NCBI GenBank assembly: GCA_965261545.1
Contig: CBDHDF010000010.1
Span: forward strand, 518,741-582,740
Direction: 5' to 3'
Source of the DNA: Bdellovibrionales bacterium
Lineage (GTDB): Bacteria > Bdellovibrionota > Bdellovibrionia > Bdellovibrionales > UBA1609
DNA: 64,000 nucleotides
Part shown: positions 17,933 to 27,246 of the stretch, piece by piece
Position numbering within the stretch: the first letter of the stretch is position 1
Layout: every line of letters starts with the position of its first letter
Notes under the pieces: generated by a model
Databases searched by the model: none
What the model saw: only the letters and a program-made list of their open reading frames with translations
What the model was told of the DNA's origin: nothing
Translations under genes and position numbers: made by a program

Positions 17933-19528
17933 TTACTCTGAATGCAAAGGCCATTGGACAATTTTTCGACTACTGCCTCTGCGGGATTTCATAAGATCAA
18001 TAATCTCATCTTTGGGGCTCTTTAAGCCTAAGCTTTTTGAGTTTAATTCTACGGAGTTGGGGCTTAATTCCTCGGAGTCGGGGCTTAATTCCTCGGAGTC
18101 GGAGCTTAATTCTTTTGAGCTTTTTGCACCTTTGAGTTCCTTTGCCATGGCCCTGTGGAGAAGGGCTTTAAGCTCATTTCCTGTGTTAAAAACATTTACA
18201 ACATTAAGTTGGGATACCCTCATGCTTCTCAATTTTTGTGCTTTGAATTCCATCGCTTCTGCGTTATTCATATGCTTCGGACCAACAAATCCAATACAGC
18301 CAGCCGCCAAGGGCTCCATAACACTGTGAACCTTTCGGTGAAAGGACCCTCCCACAAAGGCAAAATCAGCCCAAGGATAAATCTCTGCAAGAAGCCCCAT
18401 CTGGTCCACAAGAAGAACTTCGCCCTTCTTCCAATATTTCCACTGGCTCAGGGGGCGAAAGTCCAATTTATGGTGAGACATCATCTTCTCAAAGTTCAAT
18501 AGGTGTTGGCGGGTGGGCTCATGTGGGGCCACTATAAGGTGGAGTTTTCCGTTTTGAACTAGGGTGGCGGCCCCCTCTAGCAACTTAACTTCATCAACTG
18601 GCCAGGTGGAGCCTGCAACCAAGGTAGGGGTGGGGGCGGTGGTGGCCAACCCCTTTGGACTCTGGAGAGAAGATCTGGGGTTTTCCAGGCGATAAAAAAC
18701 TTGGTCGTACCTCGTGTCTCCACAAACCTTAAGCTTCTCTTCAGAAACTCCCATAGACTTAAAGTTTTTAAAGTCCACAGAGTTAATCACACCTATGAGA
18801 TTTAAGTGTCCCCAGATCCATCGATAATAAAATCCAAACACTTTATGGAGTGGTCTAAGCTGCTGAAAACTCGCAGAAAAAAGATAACAGGGAAGTCCCA
18901 TGCGACGACATTGGTGGAGTAGTTCCGGCCACAAATCCGTGCGCGCAATAAAAAGGGCCCGAGGTCGATAGTGGCGAAGAAAAGAATGACATGGTCCAGG
19001 CAAATCTAGGGGCAGGGGGACGGAGAGATCCACAAGGGGATCAGTCTCGATGGGCTTGCGATAGCTTGGAGAAAAATAGGTCACAAGGATAGGGCAGTGA
19101 GGTTGACTTGCTTTCCATTGTCGTATCAGGGGCTTGGCATATTCAAACTCCCCTGATGCACAATGAATCCATATAGGGGCTTTCTCGCCCTCCTCTCCAC
19201 CGGCGATAATCTCTCTTTCTGTTTCACCTTCTCTTTCACAGGTGATCTCTCTTTCTGTTTCACCTTCTGTCTCTATTTGTGGTAGGGGCTTCAAAGAAGG
19301 GTTTTTTCCCCTGCGAGGCCAGCGCATTTGAAATCCCTCACGGACTTTCTTATTCCATGGAAAAATCACAAATAGGAGGAAACAAAGGGCCGTGGGAACC
19401 ACAAACCACCTATAAATGAAGAGAAGCCCTTTTTCCTTTCGAGATAATGGGGCGAATAAGGATGATGAAGATAATGGTGGTGGTGGCGACATAATTTCTT
19501 TTATTGGCTCGGTGTGATTCTTCATCAA
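17933..19528 (-). CDS. waaA: 3-deoxy-D-manno-octulosonic acid (Kdo) transferase with repeat-containing extensions.
   Basis: IWIHCASGEFEYAKPLI, VTYFSPS and GGSF..HSVMEP are Kdo-transferase-like. It is 531 aa, about 100 aa longer than usual. Confidence 0.75.
   Translation of the reverse strand: MMKNHTEPIKEIMSPPPPLSSSSLFAPLSRKEKGLLFIYRWFVVPTALCFLLFVIFPWNKKVREGFQMRWPRRGKNPSLKPLPQIETEGETEREITCEREGETEREIIAGGEEGEKAPIWIHCASGEFEYAKPLIRQWKASQPHCPILVTYFSPSYRKPIETDPLVDLSVPLPLDLPGPCHSFLRHYRPRALFIARTDLWPELLHQCRRMGLPCYLFSASFQQLRPLHKVFGFYYRWIWGHLNLIGVINSVDFKNFKSMGVSEEKLKVCGDTRYDQVFYRLENPRSSLQSPKGLATTAPTPTLVAGSTWPVDEVKLLEGAATLVQNGKLHLIVAPHEPTRQHLLNFEKMMSHHKLDFRPLSQWKYWKKGEVLLVDQMGLLAEIYPWADFAFVGGSFHRKVHSVMEPLAAGCIGFVGPKHMNNAEAMEFKAQKLRSMRVSQLNVVNVFNTGNELKALLHRAMAKELKGAKSSKELSSDSEELSPDSEELSPNSVELNSKSLGLKSPKDEIIDLMKSRRGSSRKIVQWPLHSE
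18029..18120. repeat. In-frame 21-bp tandem repeat (about 4 units) in the waaA 3' end.
   Basis: ctcggagtcggggcttaattc units at 18050, 18071 and 18092. They encode ELSSDSE/ELSPDSE/ELSPNSV. Confidence 0.85.
19209..19280. repeat. In-frame 36-bp tandem duplication in the waaA 5' part.
   Basis: atctctctttctgtttcaccttct at 19209 and 19245. Encodes GETEREI twice. Confidence 0.85.
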
Positions 19529-19542
19529 TGTGAGGTGGTGGT

Positions 19543-20355
19543 TTAAGGAATTAATTTATCTAAGGAATTAGGAGAAAGCCCCCAACCTTGAACAATTTCT
19601 CTTTCGTTTTGGGCTGAGGCTGATTTTTTAAATTTAGCACCTGGACGTCCTTTGACCACTGCTTCACACTCCTTCCAAGTTTTGTGTCGTTGCAGTTTTC
19701 CATTGACATAACTTAAGTAAGAGTGGGTTGCAGATTTGGGGGAGCTAGATTTCATAGGAGGTAGTGACATATCTTCGGGCAAATCGTGAATGGCGAAGGG
19801 GTAGTGGAGAAGGGGGCCTGAGTAAAGTTGGGGCTTTTTTTTCTTTGTAAACTCAACGGCAATTTCATCACATCGCTCGTTGCCTGGAACTCCTATGTGA
19901 CCACGTACATACTTCCACTCCATAAAAAAGTGGATTTTTTGCCTGGTATCCACCGCATGGTGAAGCCTTTCCCACAGATCTTTATTGATCACGGGGGTGC
20001 CTCCGGCGGTTTTCCAACTCCGTTTTTTCCAGGCCCATATCCATTGGGTGATACCACGAATGACATAGGTGGAGTCTGTCATCACCCACAACTTTTCAGG
20101 CGTTGAGTTTCTGGGAGATAAATTTCTAGAAGTCGAGTTTTTGGGGGTCAAATTTTGAGGGGTCGAAGCAAGGCTCTCTAAGGCGCGAATCACAGCTGTC
20201 ATTTCCATTCGATTGTTGGTTGTTGAGGAATCCCCCCCTCCCAACTCTTGAATATGTCCATGCGGATAGGCAATAATAGCACCAAAGCCCCCAGGCCCTG
20301 GGTTTCCAGAGCAAGCTCCATCTGTAAAAATCAATATGGTGTTTTGTAAATCCAT
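19543..20355 (-). CDS. rnhA: Ribonuclease HI with an internal low-complexity insert and a C-terminal hybrid-binding-like domain.
   Basis: IFTDGACSGNPGPGGFGAI, NNRMEMTAVIRALE, MTDSTYV, RGHIGVPGNERCDEIA. The C-terminal TWKECEAVVKGRPGAKFKK resembles the RNase H1 HBD. Confidence 0.85.
   Translation of the reverse strand: MDLQNTILIFTDGACSGNPGPGGFGAIIAYPHGHIQELGGGDSSTTNNRMEMTAVIRALESLASTPQNLTPKNSTSRNLSPRNSTPEKLWVMTDSTYVIRGITQWIWAWKKRSWKTAGGTPVINKDLWERLHHAVDTRQKIHFFMEWKYVRGHIGVPGNERCDEIAVEFTKKKKPQLYSGPLLHYPFAIHDLPEDMSLPPMKSSSPKSATHSYLSYVNGKLQRHKTWKECEAVVKGRPGAKFKKSASAQNEREIVQGWGLSPNSLDKLIP
20095..20154. repeat. In-frame 30-bp x2 repeat inside rnhA.
   Basis: Encodes NLTPKNSTSR/NLSPRNSTPE between catalytic motifs. 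Confidence 0.8.
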
Positions 20356-20360
20356 AGGGA

Positions 20361-20954
20361 TTAAAAATGAGTTCCTATATGCGCTTTAAAATAAATTCCC
20401 TCGTATTTCTGAATGGGGCCCAGACCCTCATCTTTCATATAAAAACGTCCTGTTTCTACACCCACTAAGAAGCCGAAGAGTTTACCGCCTCCCTCAATCC
20501 CCATGGAGTAGGAAGGACCCACGCTATCTCCAAACTCCTGCACAGAGCCCGTCTTGGGATCCACTCGTGTTTCTCCCCAATGGGCAAAACCCCAAGTTCC
20601 AATGGCACCTACAAAAAAGCCAAGCTCAATGGGTCTCCAACTGGCAATAGCAGCGAGTCTTTGAAAATTGACACTCACCTCATCGTAAAAATTATTTCGC
20701 TCCGAAGCTCCGAGCAACTCATATCGTAGGCCAAAGGCAAAGGGAAAGAGGGGGGGGGAAATAATGGCATCTGCTCCCAAGCTTGTAAGTGCTCCAATTT
20801 GTGGAGCCTTTTTGGTGATGGGATCGGGATCCACCGGGATTCCTCCATAATGCAGGCGCCCCTCTAAAAGAGCTTGAGCTTGCTCCTGGGGAGCAATGCA
20901 AGCGAAGAAAAAGAAAACAAATAAAGAGAAAATAGGGAAAATAAATCTCAACAT
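20361..20954 (-). CDS. Small outer-membrane beta-barrel protein (putative).
   Basis: Signal peptide MLRFIFPIFSLFVFFFFAC..AQA. Alternating hydrophobic pattern. C-terminal ..YFKAHIGTHF. The likely start is ATG 20954; the ORF track extends to 21005. Confidence 0.5.
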   Translation of the reverse strand: MLRFIFPIFSLFVFFFFACIAPQEQAQALLEGRLHYGGIPVDPDPITKKAPQIGALTSLGADAIISPPLFPFAFGLRYELLGASERNNFYDEVSVNFQRLAAIASWRPIELGFFVGAIGTWGFAHWGETRVDPKTGSVQEFGDSVGPSYSMGIEGGGKLFGFLVGVETGRFYMKDEGLGPIQKYEGIYFKAHIGTHF

Positions 20955-21215
20955 ACACACCTCGCTTTTGTCAGAATAATAATTATGATAGCCAGTAAAT
21001 ACCAATAATGCTAGTCATAAGGTGACAGCACAAATCATCACAATGCAAGCCGCCCCAAGATCGATGCGATGCGTCTAATGCCCATTAGGGGAGGCTTTTT
21101 TTCTTTATTCGTAGGCCCCGCTCCTCTTCTCACCAACCTTGTTATCATGCCAGCCCTTGATCCATTTTGGTGTTATTTGTGTTTACGTAATCCAATTTCT
21201 TTATCTTAACTCACT

Positions 21216-22478
21216 TTGCTTTCTTTGTTCAATATGACCTTGCCCTTCCATATGTATATGTTACTTTTAGCTATGCATATTGATTACCGACCCATGGGGC
21301 AATGGGAAAAACTTTGTCATCAATGGAGTCAACAACTTCACTTTCCAAGTGGCTCTGTGCAAGTTTACCAAGGACTCCCCCATGGCCTCATGGAAGTGGG
21401 TTTTGGTTTGACCAGGCTATTTCCCCACAGGAAGCGAATTCACTTTATCAAGGGGCTTAGCTCTCATTTTTCCCAATTGATAACGACTTTAGCTGTGGAT
21501 GGCTATGATGTGGTGGAATGGACTCTCGAAGACCTCCAAGGCATGATTTCTTCCACAGAGTGGGAACAGAAGTTGGACAGCAAAGACCTCTTTGTTTTGT
21601 ACTCTATGGATGACCCCCTTTTAGGGCGCCTTTTTCCCGTTCAAGCACTGGAAAAAATAGCACGAGATAAAAAAATCTTTCAAATATGCATCTCCCACAG
21701 TTGGCATCACTATGTCTCCAGAGAAATGATCTTGCAAGGCCAAAACAGTTACAAAATCAGTTTGTACTCCATGGACTTTAAGTGTTGCTTGGCTCACCTT
21801 GGAGAAAGGTCTCAAATCGAAGCTTTGACTTCAAGCTCTTTGAATTGGGAGGAGTGGCTCCATAGAGACATAGGTCTAGAGTGGAACCACATGACTCAAG
21901 CCACCCAGGTCCTATCACCCCCTAAGGTCAATGAAAATAAGAACCGGGAACTCATTTTGCAATTTGAATCCACCATCAGAAACAATGACCAAGATTTTTC
22001 AATAGCCCCAAGGGATCCAAATAACTCAAATCCTTCAAATACTCCAAGGGATTCAAGCACCTCAAGTATTCCACATGTTCCAAATGACTCAAATCCTCCT
22101 GAAATGATAGCTCCTCTTCATGGGGCTCCAAGGCTGTTTGACCGTGCTGTTTTATGTTGGGAGGATATGGATGGGCTTACTCTCATCGACTGTATCGCCA
22201 AAGAAATGAATCTAGAGCTTGCCCCTCCTGGAGAGGATAAGAATTTTGAAACCACAAGCCTATCTCGTTGGCACTGTGAAAAATCCATGGGCTGGCTTCA
22301 AGACATGGGCATTTCTCCAAATCAAGCTAGGGGTTTGGTTATTTTTTCCCACTCCATAATCAATGATCGCTTCATCGACATCCTTCTATGGGCTCGCAAG
22401 GCTGTTCTTCATCGACAATTAGGCTCCCCACCAACAACAACATCGTCAAAGCCCAACCCAACCCTCCCTCAAAACTGA
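21216..22478 (+). CDS. Hypothetical protein with a Ser/Pro/Asn-rich insert.
   Basis: Long ORF (420 aa) in a coding-dense region. No motif recognised. The start codon is uncertain. Confidence 0.4.
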   Translation: MLSLFNMTLPFHMYMLLLAMHIDYRPMGQWEKLCHQWSQQLHFPSGSVQVYQGLPHGLMEVGFGLTRLFPHRKRIHFIKGLSSHFSQLITTLAVDGYDVVEWTLEDLQGMISSTEWEQKLDSKDLFVLYSMDDPLLGRLFPVQALEKIARDKKIFQICISHSWHHYVSREMILQGQNSYKISLYSMDFKCCLAHLGERSQIEALTSSSLNWEEWLHRDIGLEWNHMTQATQVLSPPKVNENKNRELILQFESTIRNNDQDFSIAPRDPNNSNPSNTPRDSSTSSIPHVPNDSNPPEMIAPLHGAPRLFDRAVLCWEDMDGLTLIDCIAKEMNLELAPPGEDKNFETTSLSRWHCEKSMGWLQDMGISPNQARGLVIFSHSIINDRFIDILLWARKAVLHRQLGSPPTTTSSKPNPTLPQN

Positions 22479-22488
22479 AGGCGAAAAA

Positions 22489-23586
22489 GTGAAATTCAAA
22501 CCCTCCTCTAAAGCCCAGCCTTCTCTTAAAGCCCAGCCATCCTCTAAAACACAACCCTCTCTTAAAACTCAGCCCCCTCTGAAAAGACCACGCCTCCTTA
22601 AAAACTCGTCATCTCTCCAAAGCCGTCTTATCATCTTACTTAAAGTTCTTCTTGCCTGTGGACTCATTTATTGGCTTGTCACTGGAGGATATTTTGATCT
22701 CAAGGCTCTCTCTCATATTCTGTTCAACCCATATTATGCCTTGTTATTTATCGGACTTATCGGACTCAATCTTGTGCTCGTGAACCTGCGTTGGTGGGTT
22801 TTGTTAAGGTCTCAAGGATTTCAATCGAGGATACCAGAAGTTTTTTCTCTTGGCCTCGTTGGTATTTTCTTTAACCACGCCGTTCCAGGGTCCATCGGGG
22901 GAGACCTTGTTAAAGGTTATTACCTTGTACAAAAGTATCCCCATAGAAAACTCCAAGCTGGCTTTACTATTGTTGTAGATAGGGCCCTTGGACTCTACAC
23001 CATGAGTTGCCTCGCCCTGCTCGCTCTTGCCACAAGCACTTCTTTCATCAAAAATAACACGATGCTTATGGCCACAGCCCTTGGAGTGTTGTCCCTATTT
23101 TCTTTATTCACGGCCTTCGTGTTTCTAAGTTATTCCAAAAGGTTTAAGAAAAAATTATTCCGCCTTTTTCAGAAGCTTCCGGGACGCATTATTGTACTTG
23201 ACTTGTACAAAGCCCTATATAGCTATCGAAAAAACAAAAAAGCTTTGTTGTATGCCACAGGGCTTAGTATCCTAGCTCAAATTACTATGACAGTGTGTTT
23301 TTTCTGTGTGGGGTATATCCTTGGAGAAAGTTTGGAAGTTATGACCTATGTTTTTGCCGTCTCCGTGGGATTGATTATTGTTGCCGTTCCCATTGCACCA
23401 GCAGGTATTGGAGTCGGGCAAGTGGCCATGCTCTTTTTATTCCAGGCCCACTCAGGAGTTTCTTCCCAGGTGGGCCCCGTTGGTCTAAGTATTATCCAAC
23501 TCACCTTCCTGCTGTGGGGGCTTGTGGGAGCCTATATTTATTTAAAACCCAAGACTCAAGTGCAAGAAGTAATAGGGAATATATGA
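22489..23586 (+). CDS. UPF0104/LPG_synthase_TM-type flippase-like membrane protein.
   Basis: Eight or so TM segments. NHAVPGSIGGDLVKGYYL motif. The N-terminus carries an 18-bp x5 repeat (PSSKAQ/PSLKAQ...). Confidence 0.6.
   Translation: MKFKPSSKAQPSLKAQPSSKTQPSLKTQPPLKRPRLLKNSSSLQSRLIILLKVLLACGLIYWLVTGGYFDLKALSHILFNPYYALLFIGLIGLNLVLVNLRWWVLLRSQGFQSRIPEVFSLGLVGIFFNHAVPGSIGGDLVKGYYLVQKYPHRKLQAGFTIVVDRALGLYTMSCLALLALATSTSFIKNNTMLMATALGVLSLFSLFTAFVFLSYSKRFKKKLFRLFQKLPGRIIVLDLYKALYSYRKNKKALLYATGLSILAQITMTVCFFCVGYILGESLEVMTYVFAVSVGLIIVAVPIAPAGIGVGQVAMLFLFQAHSGVSSQVGPVGLSIIQLTFLLWGLVGAYIYLKPKTQVQEVIGNI
22501..22590. repeat. In-frame 18-bp x5 repeat at the 5' end of the UPF0104 gene.
   Basis: Units start at 22501, 22519, 22537, 22555 and 22573. 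They encode PSSKAQ, PSLKAQ, PSSKTQ, PSLKTQ and PPLKRP. Confidence 0.85.
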
Positions 23587-24935
23587 TCGACAATCGAACT
23601 CAAGTCCTCATTACATCGGTGAGAAAGCTTCTTCGCCGTGGAGCTGAGCCCAACATTCGACGAATTCTCTCAAAGGCCCACGAAGCTGATGTTGCCGTTT
23701 TGTTGGAGAGCTTCGATATTAGCGAAAGAGTGCAGTTGTTTTACCTTGAAGAGGAGGAGCAAAAAAGAGCCTCCTCTCTCAGCTACCTTAGCCAAGATTC
23801 CCAAAGAGAACTTCTTGAACACCTGCCCAAGGACGAAATTCTCAAGATGCTTAGCCTTATGGACTCCGACGATGCCGCCGATTTGCTAGGCTATCTTTCT
23901 GAGGAAGAGTCTAAAGACATTCTTCTCTCCATGGTCAAAGAAGATTCTGAAGAAGTAGCGGATCTCATGGGCTATCCCGAAGACTCCGCAGGCGGACTAA
24001 TGAGTTCTGAGTATTTGAGCCTAGACAAAGACCTTACTGTGGCTGAAGCCATACAGGAAATTCAACACGAAGACAATGAATCCAAGGTGGCCTTTTATAT
24101 TTATGTCACCAATGAGCAAGGGCTCCTTATCGGCATCGTCAGTTTAAAGCAGCTTCTTTTATCTAAGAAATCCAAACTTCTAAAAGACATTATGACCCCA
24201 GAAGTTATATCCACCACTATGGATGCTCACCAAGAGCAAGTGGCAGAGATTGTTGAAAGGTACGACTTTTTGTCTTTACCCGTTGTCGATGCTCAAAGAA
24301 AACTCATTGGTGTGATTACAGTGGATGATGTTCTCGATGTCATTCGTGAAGAGGCCGAAGAAGATTTATTGCAAATGGGGCAGGCGGGGGGAAGCATTCA
24401 TCTTCCCTTTAAGGAGCATTTAAAGGCACGCTTTCCTTGGATTGTTCTCGCCTTTGCCAGTGGAGCCCTTTGTTTTTCTGTGGTCTACCTTTTTGGAGAT
24501 CCTCCCATATCCTCTTTCTGGCTTATTGCGGCTTTCACTCCCATGTTGCTGTCTTTGGGGGCCACAGTGGGAGGACAATCCACAACTGTCGCTTTAGGGG
24601 TGATTCGTTCCACCAAGTCCGATATGATCCGATGGGGATTTCACTTGCAAAGGGAAAGCCAACTAGGTTTTGTCTTTGCGACCACCTTGAGTGCTGTTAT
24701 ATGGTTGATGGGAGAGCAACTTTTTCCCCAGCACGACCTAAGCCATATTGTGGCACTGGCCACATTTTTTCAAATCACCTTGTCCATGGTCATGGGCCAC
24801 TTTATTCCCATGATCTTTCATCGTCTTCAAATGGAAACGACCATGGCCCTACTCCCACTTCTCACGATGCTTGCCGACCTCTCTGCCGTGGGTATCTTGT
24901 TTGGTTTTTTTAAAGTCTTTAAGAGGGTATGCTAG
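23583..24935 (+). CDS. mgtE: Magnesium transporter MgtE.
   Basis: 450 aa from ATG 23583, which overlaps the upstream stop. N-domain, tandem CBS (..VDAQRKLIGVITVDDVLDVIREE) and a C-terminal 5-TM channel domain. Confidence 0.85.
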   Translation: MIDNRTQVLITSVRKLLRRGAEPNIRRILSKAHEADVAVLLESFDISERVQLFYLEEEEQKRASSLSYLSQDSQRELLEHLPKDEILKMLSLMDSDDAADLLGYLSEEESKDILLSMVKEDSEEVADLMGYPEDSAGGLMSSEYLSLDKDLTVAEAIQEIQHEDNESKVAFYIYVTNEQGLLIGIVSLKQLLLSKKSKLLKDIMTPEVISTTMDAHQEQVAEIVERYDFLSLPVVDAQRKLIGVITVDDVLDVIREEAEEDLLQMGQAGGSIHLPFKEHLKARFPWIVLAFASGALCFSVVYLFGDPPISSFWLIAAFTPMLLSLGATVGGQSTTVALGVIRSTKSDMIRWGFHLQRESQLGFVFATTLSAVIWLMGEQLFPQHDLSHIVALATFFQITLSMVMGHFIPMIFHRLQMETTMALLPLLTMLADLSAVGILFGFFKVFKRVC

Positions 24936-25531
24936 CCTCCATGATTCATGACAAAATCATCGTTCTTAGAACCATCAAATACTCGGAGTCAGACCTCATT
25001 GTTCATGGGCTCAACACTGGAGGGGAAAAACGCCATTTCATAGCCAAAGGAGCCTTAAGAAGTCGAAGGCGCTTCAGTGGTGGTATTTTAGAGTCCACTC
25101 ATTATATTCAAGTTAGCTATGGACGTCGAACCCAAAAGAAAGAGAAGGCTATGCACTTTCTCCATGAAGCCAGTCTTATCGAAGACTTTCCAAAAATTCG
25201 CACAAGCTATGAGCGTCTTGAAATGAGTTTTTATTTCTTAAAAATGACCAGCAAAGTAGGTTTGGAGGGAGACTGTGATTCGCCACGCCTCTTTCACCTC
25301 CTCGGTCACTCCCTGCGCTGCTTGGAAACCACTGGAGACCTCAATAAATTGAAATTCTTCTTTGAAGCAAAGCTTATGGAGCAACAAGGGGTTCTCCCCT
25401 TCGACACTTCCCTTCGAGAAGTGATCTCCACCTCTATTCTCGACCATGAACAGGTTTCTAGTAGCTCCGAAGATTGGAGGATGGCAAGATCCCTCGTTCG
25501 TCATAGTCTACAGGATTATTTAAATATATGA
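24929..25531 (+). CDS. recO: DNA repair protein RecO.
   Basis: N-terminal OB-fold pattern (IIVLRTIKYSESDLIVHGL..GEKRHFIAKGALRSRRRF). Size 200 aa. Confidence 0.7.
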   Translation: MLASMIHDKIIVLRTIKYSESDLIVHGLNTGGEKRHFIAKGALRSRRRFSGGILESTHYIQVSYGRRTQKKEKAMHFLHEASLIEDFPKIRTSYERLEMSFYFLKMTSKVGLEGDCDSPRLFHLLGHSLRCLETTGDLNKLKFFFEAKLMEQQGVLPFDTSLREVISTSILDHEQVSSSSEDWRMARSLVRHSLQDYLNI

Positions 25532-25637
25532 GCTTAGATCTTTTAAGATGTTTAGAAATATTTCAAAATGCTCAGAAGTATTTTAAAATATTGGGAGATA
25601 TTTTAAAATGTTATTAAAAGAAATGTTATTAAAAGAT
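25532..25637. repeat. Degenerate roughly 20-bp repeats between recO and yggS, ending in a 15-bp duplication that contains the yggS ATG.
   Basis: The ..tattttaaaat.. units are repeated. atgttattaaaagaa (25608-25622) is followed by atgttattaaaagat (25623-25637). Confidence 0.8.
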
Positions 25638-26318
25638 AGGGTTGCGCAAGTTTTAGAAAAAGTTTTTTTGTCATCTGAAAAATCAGGTCGCAGTGGAAAA
25701 GATATTTGCATCTTGGCTGCGTCGAAGAAGCACCCCCCCCCTCTTATTCGAGAAGCCTTTCATTGTGGACTTTGCAATTTTGGTGAAAATTATATTCAAG
25801 AATACCATGATAAGGTGAAGGTTTTAGATGACTTAAAAATAATTTGGCATTTTATAGGCCCCTTGCAGAGCAATAAAGTTAAAAGTATTGTAGGAACTTT
25901 TGCTATGATTCAGTCTGTGGGACGTCTCAAGATTCTTCATGAAATTCACCGGCAATCCATGAAAAAAAATCTTGTTCAAAAAATTCTTCTTCAAGTCAAT
26001 TTCTCAAAAGAAAAAAGTAAATCGGGTTTTTTTGAAGAGGAAATACCTTCTGTTTTAGAGGCAGCCCAAAGTTGTCGTGGCCTTCAGGTATGTGGACTTA
26101 TGGTGATGCCTCCTCCTGTAAATCATGAAGAGTGCAATCGAGCCATCTTTGCAAGGGCAAAAAGCGAATCTGAATTATGGAAAAAATATCTCAACCATGA
26201 ACATCACCTAGGGGAATTATCCATGGGGACATCTCAAGATTTTTCTATAGCTATTGAAGAGGGGGCCACCATGGTGCGCTTGGGCTCTCTTCTCTTGGGT
26301 CCTAGAAAAATAAGCTAG
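25608..26318 (+). CDS. yggS: YggS-family pyridoxal-phosphate homeostasis protein.
   Basis: ILAASKKH, FGENYIQE, WHFIGPLQSNKVK, LSMGTSQDFSIAIEEGATMVRLGS. Confidence 0.85.
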   Translation: MLLKEMLLKDRVAQVLEKVFLSSEKSGRSGKDICILAASKKHPPPLIREAFHCGLCNFGENYIQEYHDKVKVLDDLKIIWHFIGPLQSNKVKSIVGTFAMIQSVGRLKILHEIHRQSMKKNLVQKILLQVNFSKEKSKSGFFEEEIPSVLEAAQSCRGLQVCGLMVMPPPVNHEECNRAIFARAKSESELWKKYLNHEHHLGELSMGTSQDFSIAIEEGATMVRLGSLLLGPRKIS

Positions 26319-26548
26319 AAAGGCTTCAGAAAGGTCCTACATTCTCACTCGCTATAGAGTCGTGGGGCATCCCACTCCCACCGCATCTCTCACAAATGAG
26401 ATTTAAGAAATATGGACCTTTGTATAGTTCTATACTTTTTTATTATCAACAAAGTAAAGACAATATATAATATTTATTGATGAATAATATTAAATTTATA
26501 TTTATCAACCTATTTTAAAAAAAACCTATTTAAAAAAAGGGGGGGGAC

Positions 26549-26911
26549 ATGAAGTCCTTTGTTCATTTTACTATTGTCGCTGCCATTTGTGGCTTGATAT
26601 CAACCATAGCCTTGGGACATAACAACTCCGATACTTGGGGATATATGCGTGTCGATAATGATGGAGCCTATGTCATTGCAACAAGGTGTTACGACATCTA
26701 CGGCAACGATGTCAATTCATGGCAACGCACTCCCATTGGCGGATTTAGAAGTTGCCACGGCGCATACATAAGAGTGGATTTTCTCTTTCTCGATGCCCAT
26801 AAAACGCAACGCTTCTGGCGAAGTGACTATGATTGTGGCAACAAAGGTCTCTATGTGACACTCAAAGGAACCATTGATTTCTTTACTAAAGTAGAAGTTC
26901 GCTGTGAGTAA
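26549..26911 (+). CDS. Small secreted 4-Cys protein of unknown function. A paralog lies at 61934-62326.
   Basis: Signal peptide. Conserved blocks shared with the paralog: WGY(M/I)R(V/I)DN, (R/K)CYD.YG, FRSCHGAY(I/M)R(V/M)DF, CG(N/D)KGLY(V/L).L, and a C-terminal Cys. Confidence 0.6.
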   Translation: MKSFVHFTIVAAICGLISTIALGHNNSDTWGYMRVDNDGAYVIATRCYDIYGNDVNSWQRTPIGGFRSCHGAYIRVDFLFLDAHKTQRFWRSDYDCGNKGLYVTLKGTIDFFTKVEVRCE

Positions 26912-27246
26912 AGATGAGGCATCACCATATGCGATGGTTGTAGGATCCTTTTGACACAGAGATTAAAAAAAAGTTACCATGAATCTGGTTAGGGTTCTAC
27001 AGTAGGATCCTAAAATAGTTGTAAGTAAAATAGAGAATTTTACAAAATTAACACATTAGTCTTGATTAATGAAGATTCATGGGCTAGTAGGTCTCTTTAG
27101 CTAGTAGGTCTCTTTAGCCAATAGGCATCATGGGCTAGAGATCCACAAATCAAATGCGCTTATCTTATAGATCTCCCGCAAAGATGACTTATAAGGTGAC
27201 GTTGCGATCAGTAAGCCCAAAAAAGCCTCAAGAAGGGAGTTGTTAA

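Noticed and set aside
20750-20758. G/C homopolymer tracts of 9-10 nt inside genes (20750-20758 in the OMP gene, 25733-25741 in yggS, 35307-35315 in bioF, 55151-55160) considered as phase-variation switches.
   Set aside because: All are in frame and encode PPP. Two are in housekeeping enzymes, where on/off switching is implausible. They look like a codon or composition habit (CCC runs) and not contingency loci. Only the A9 tract at 52867-52875 is actually out of frame with a better start.
23295-23582. The ORF-track N-terminal extension of mgtE (546-aa version).
   Set aside because: The first 96 codons overlap the 3' end of the upstream membrane-protein gene in another frame and are not MgtE-like. 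ATG 23583 gives a standard 450-aa MgtE.
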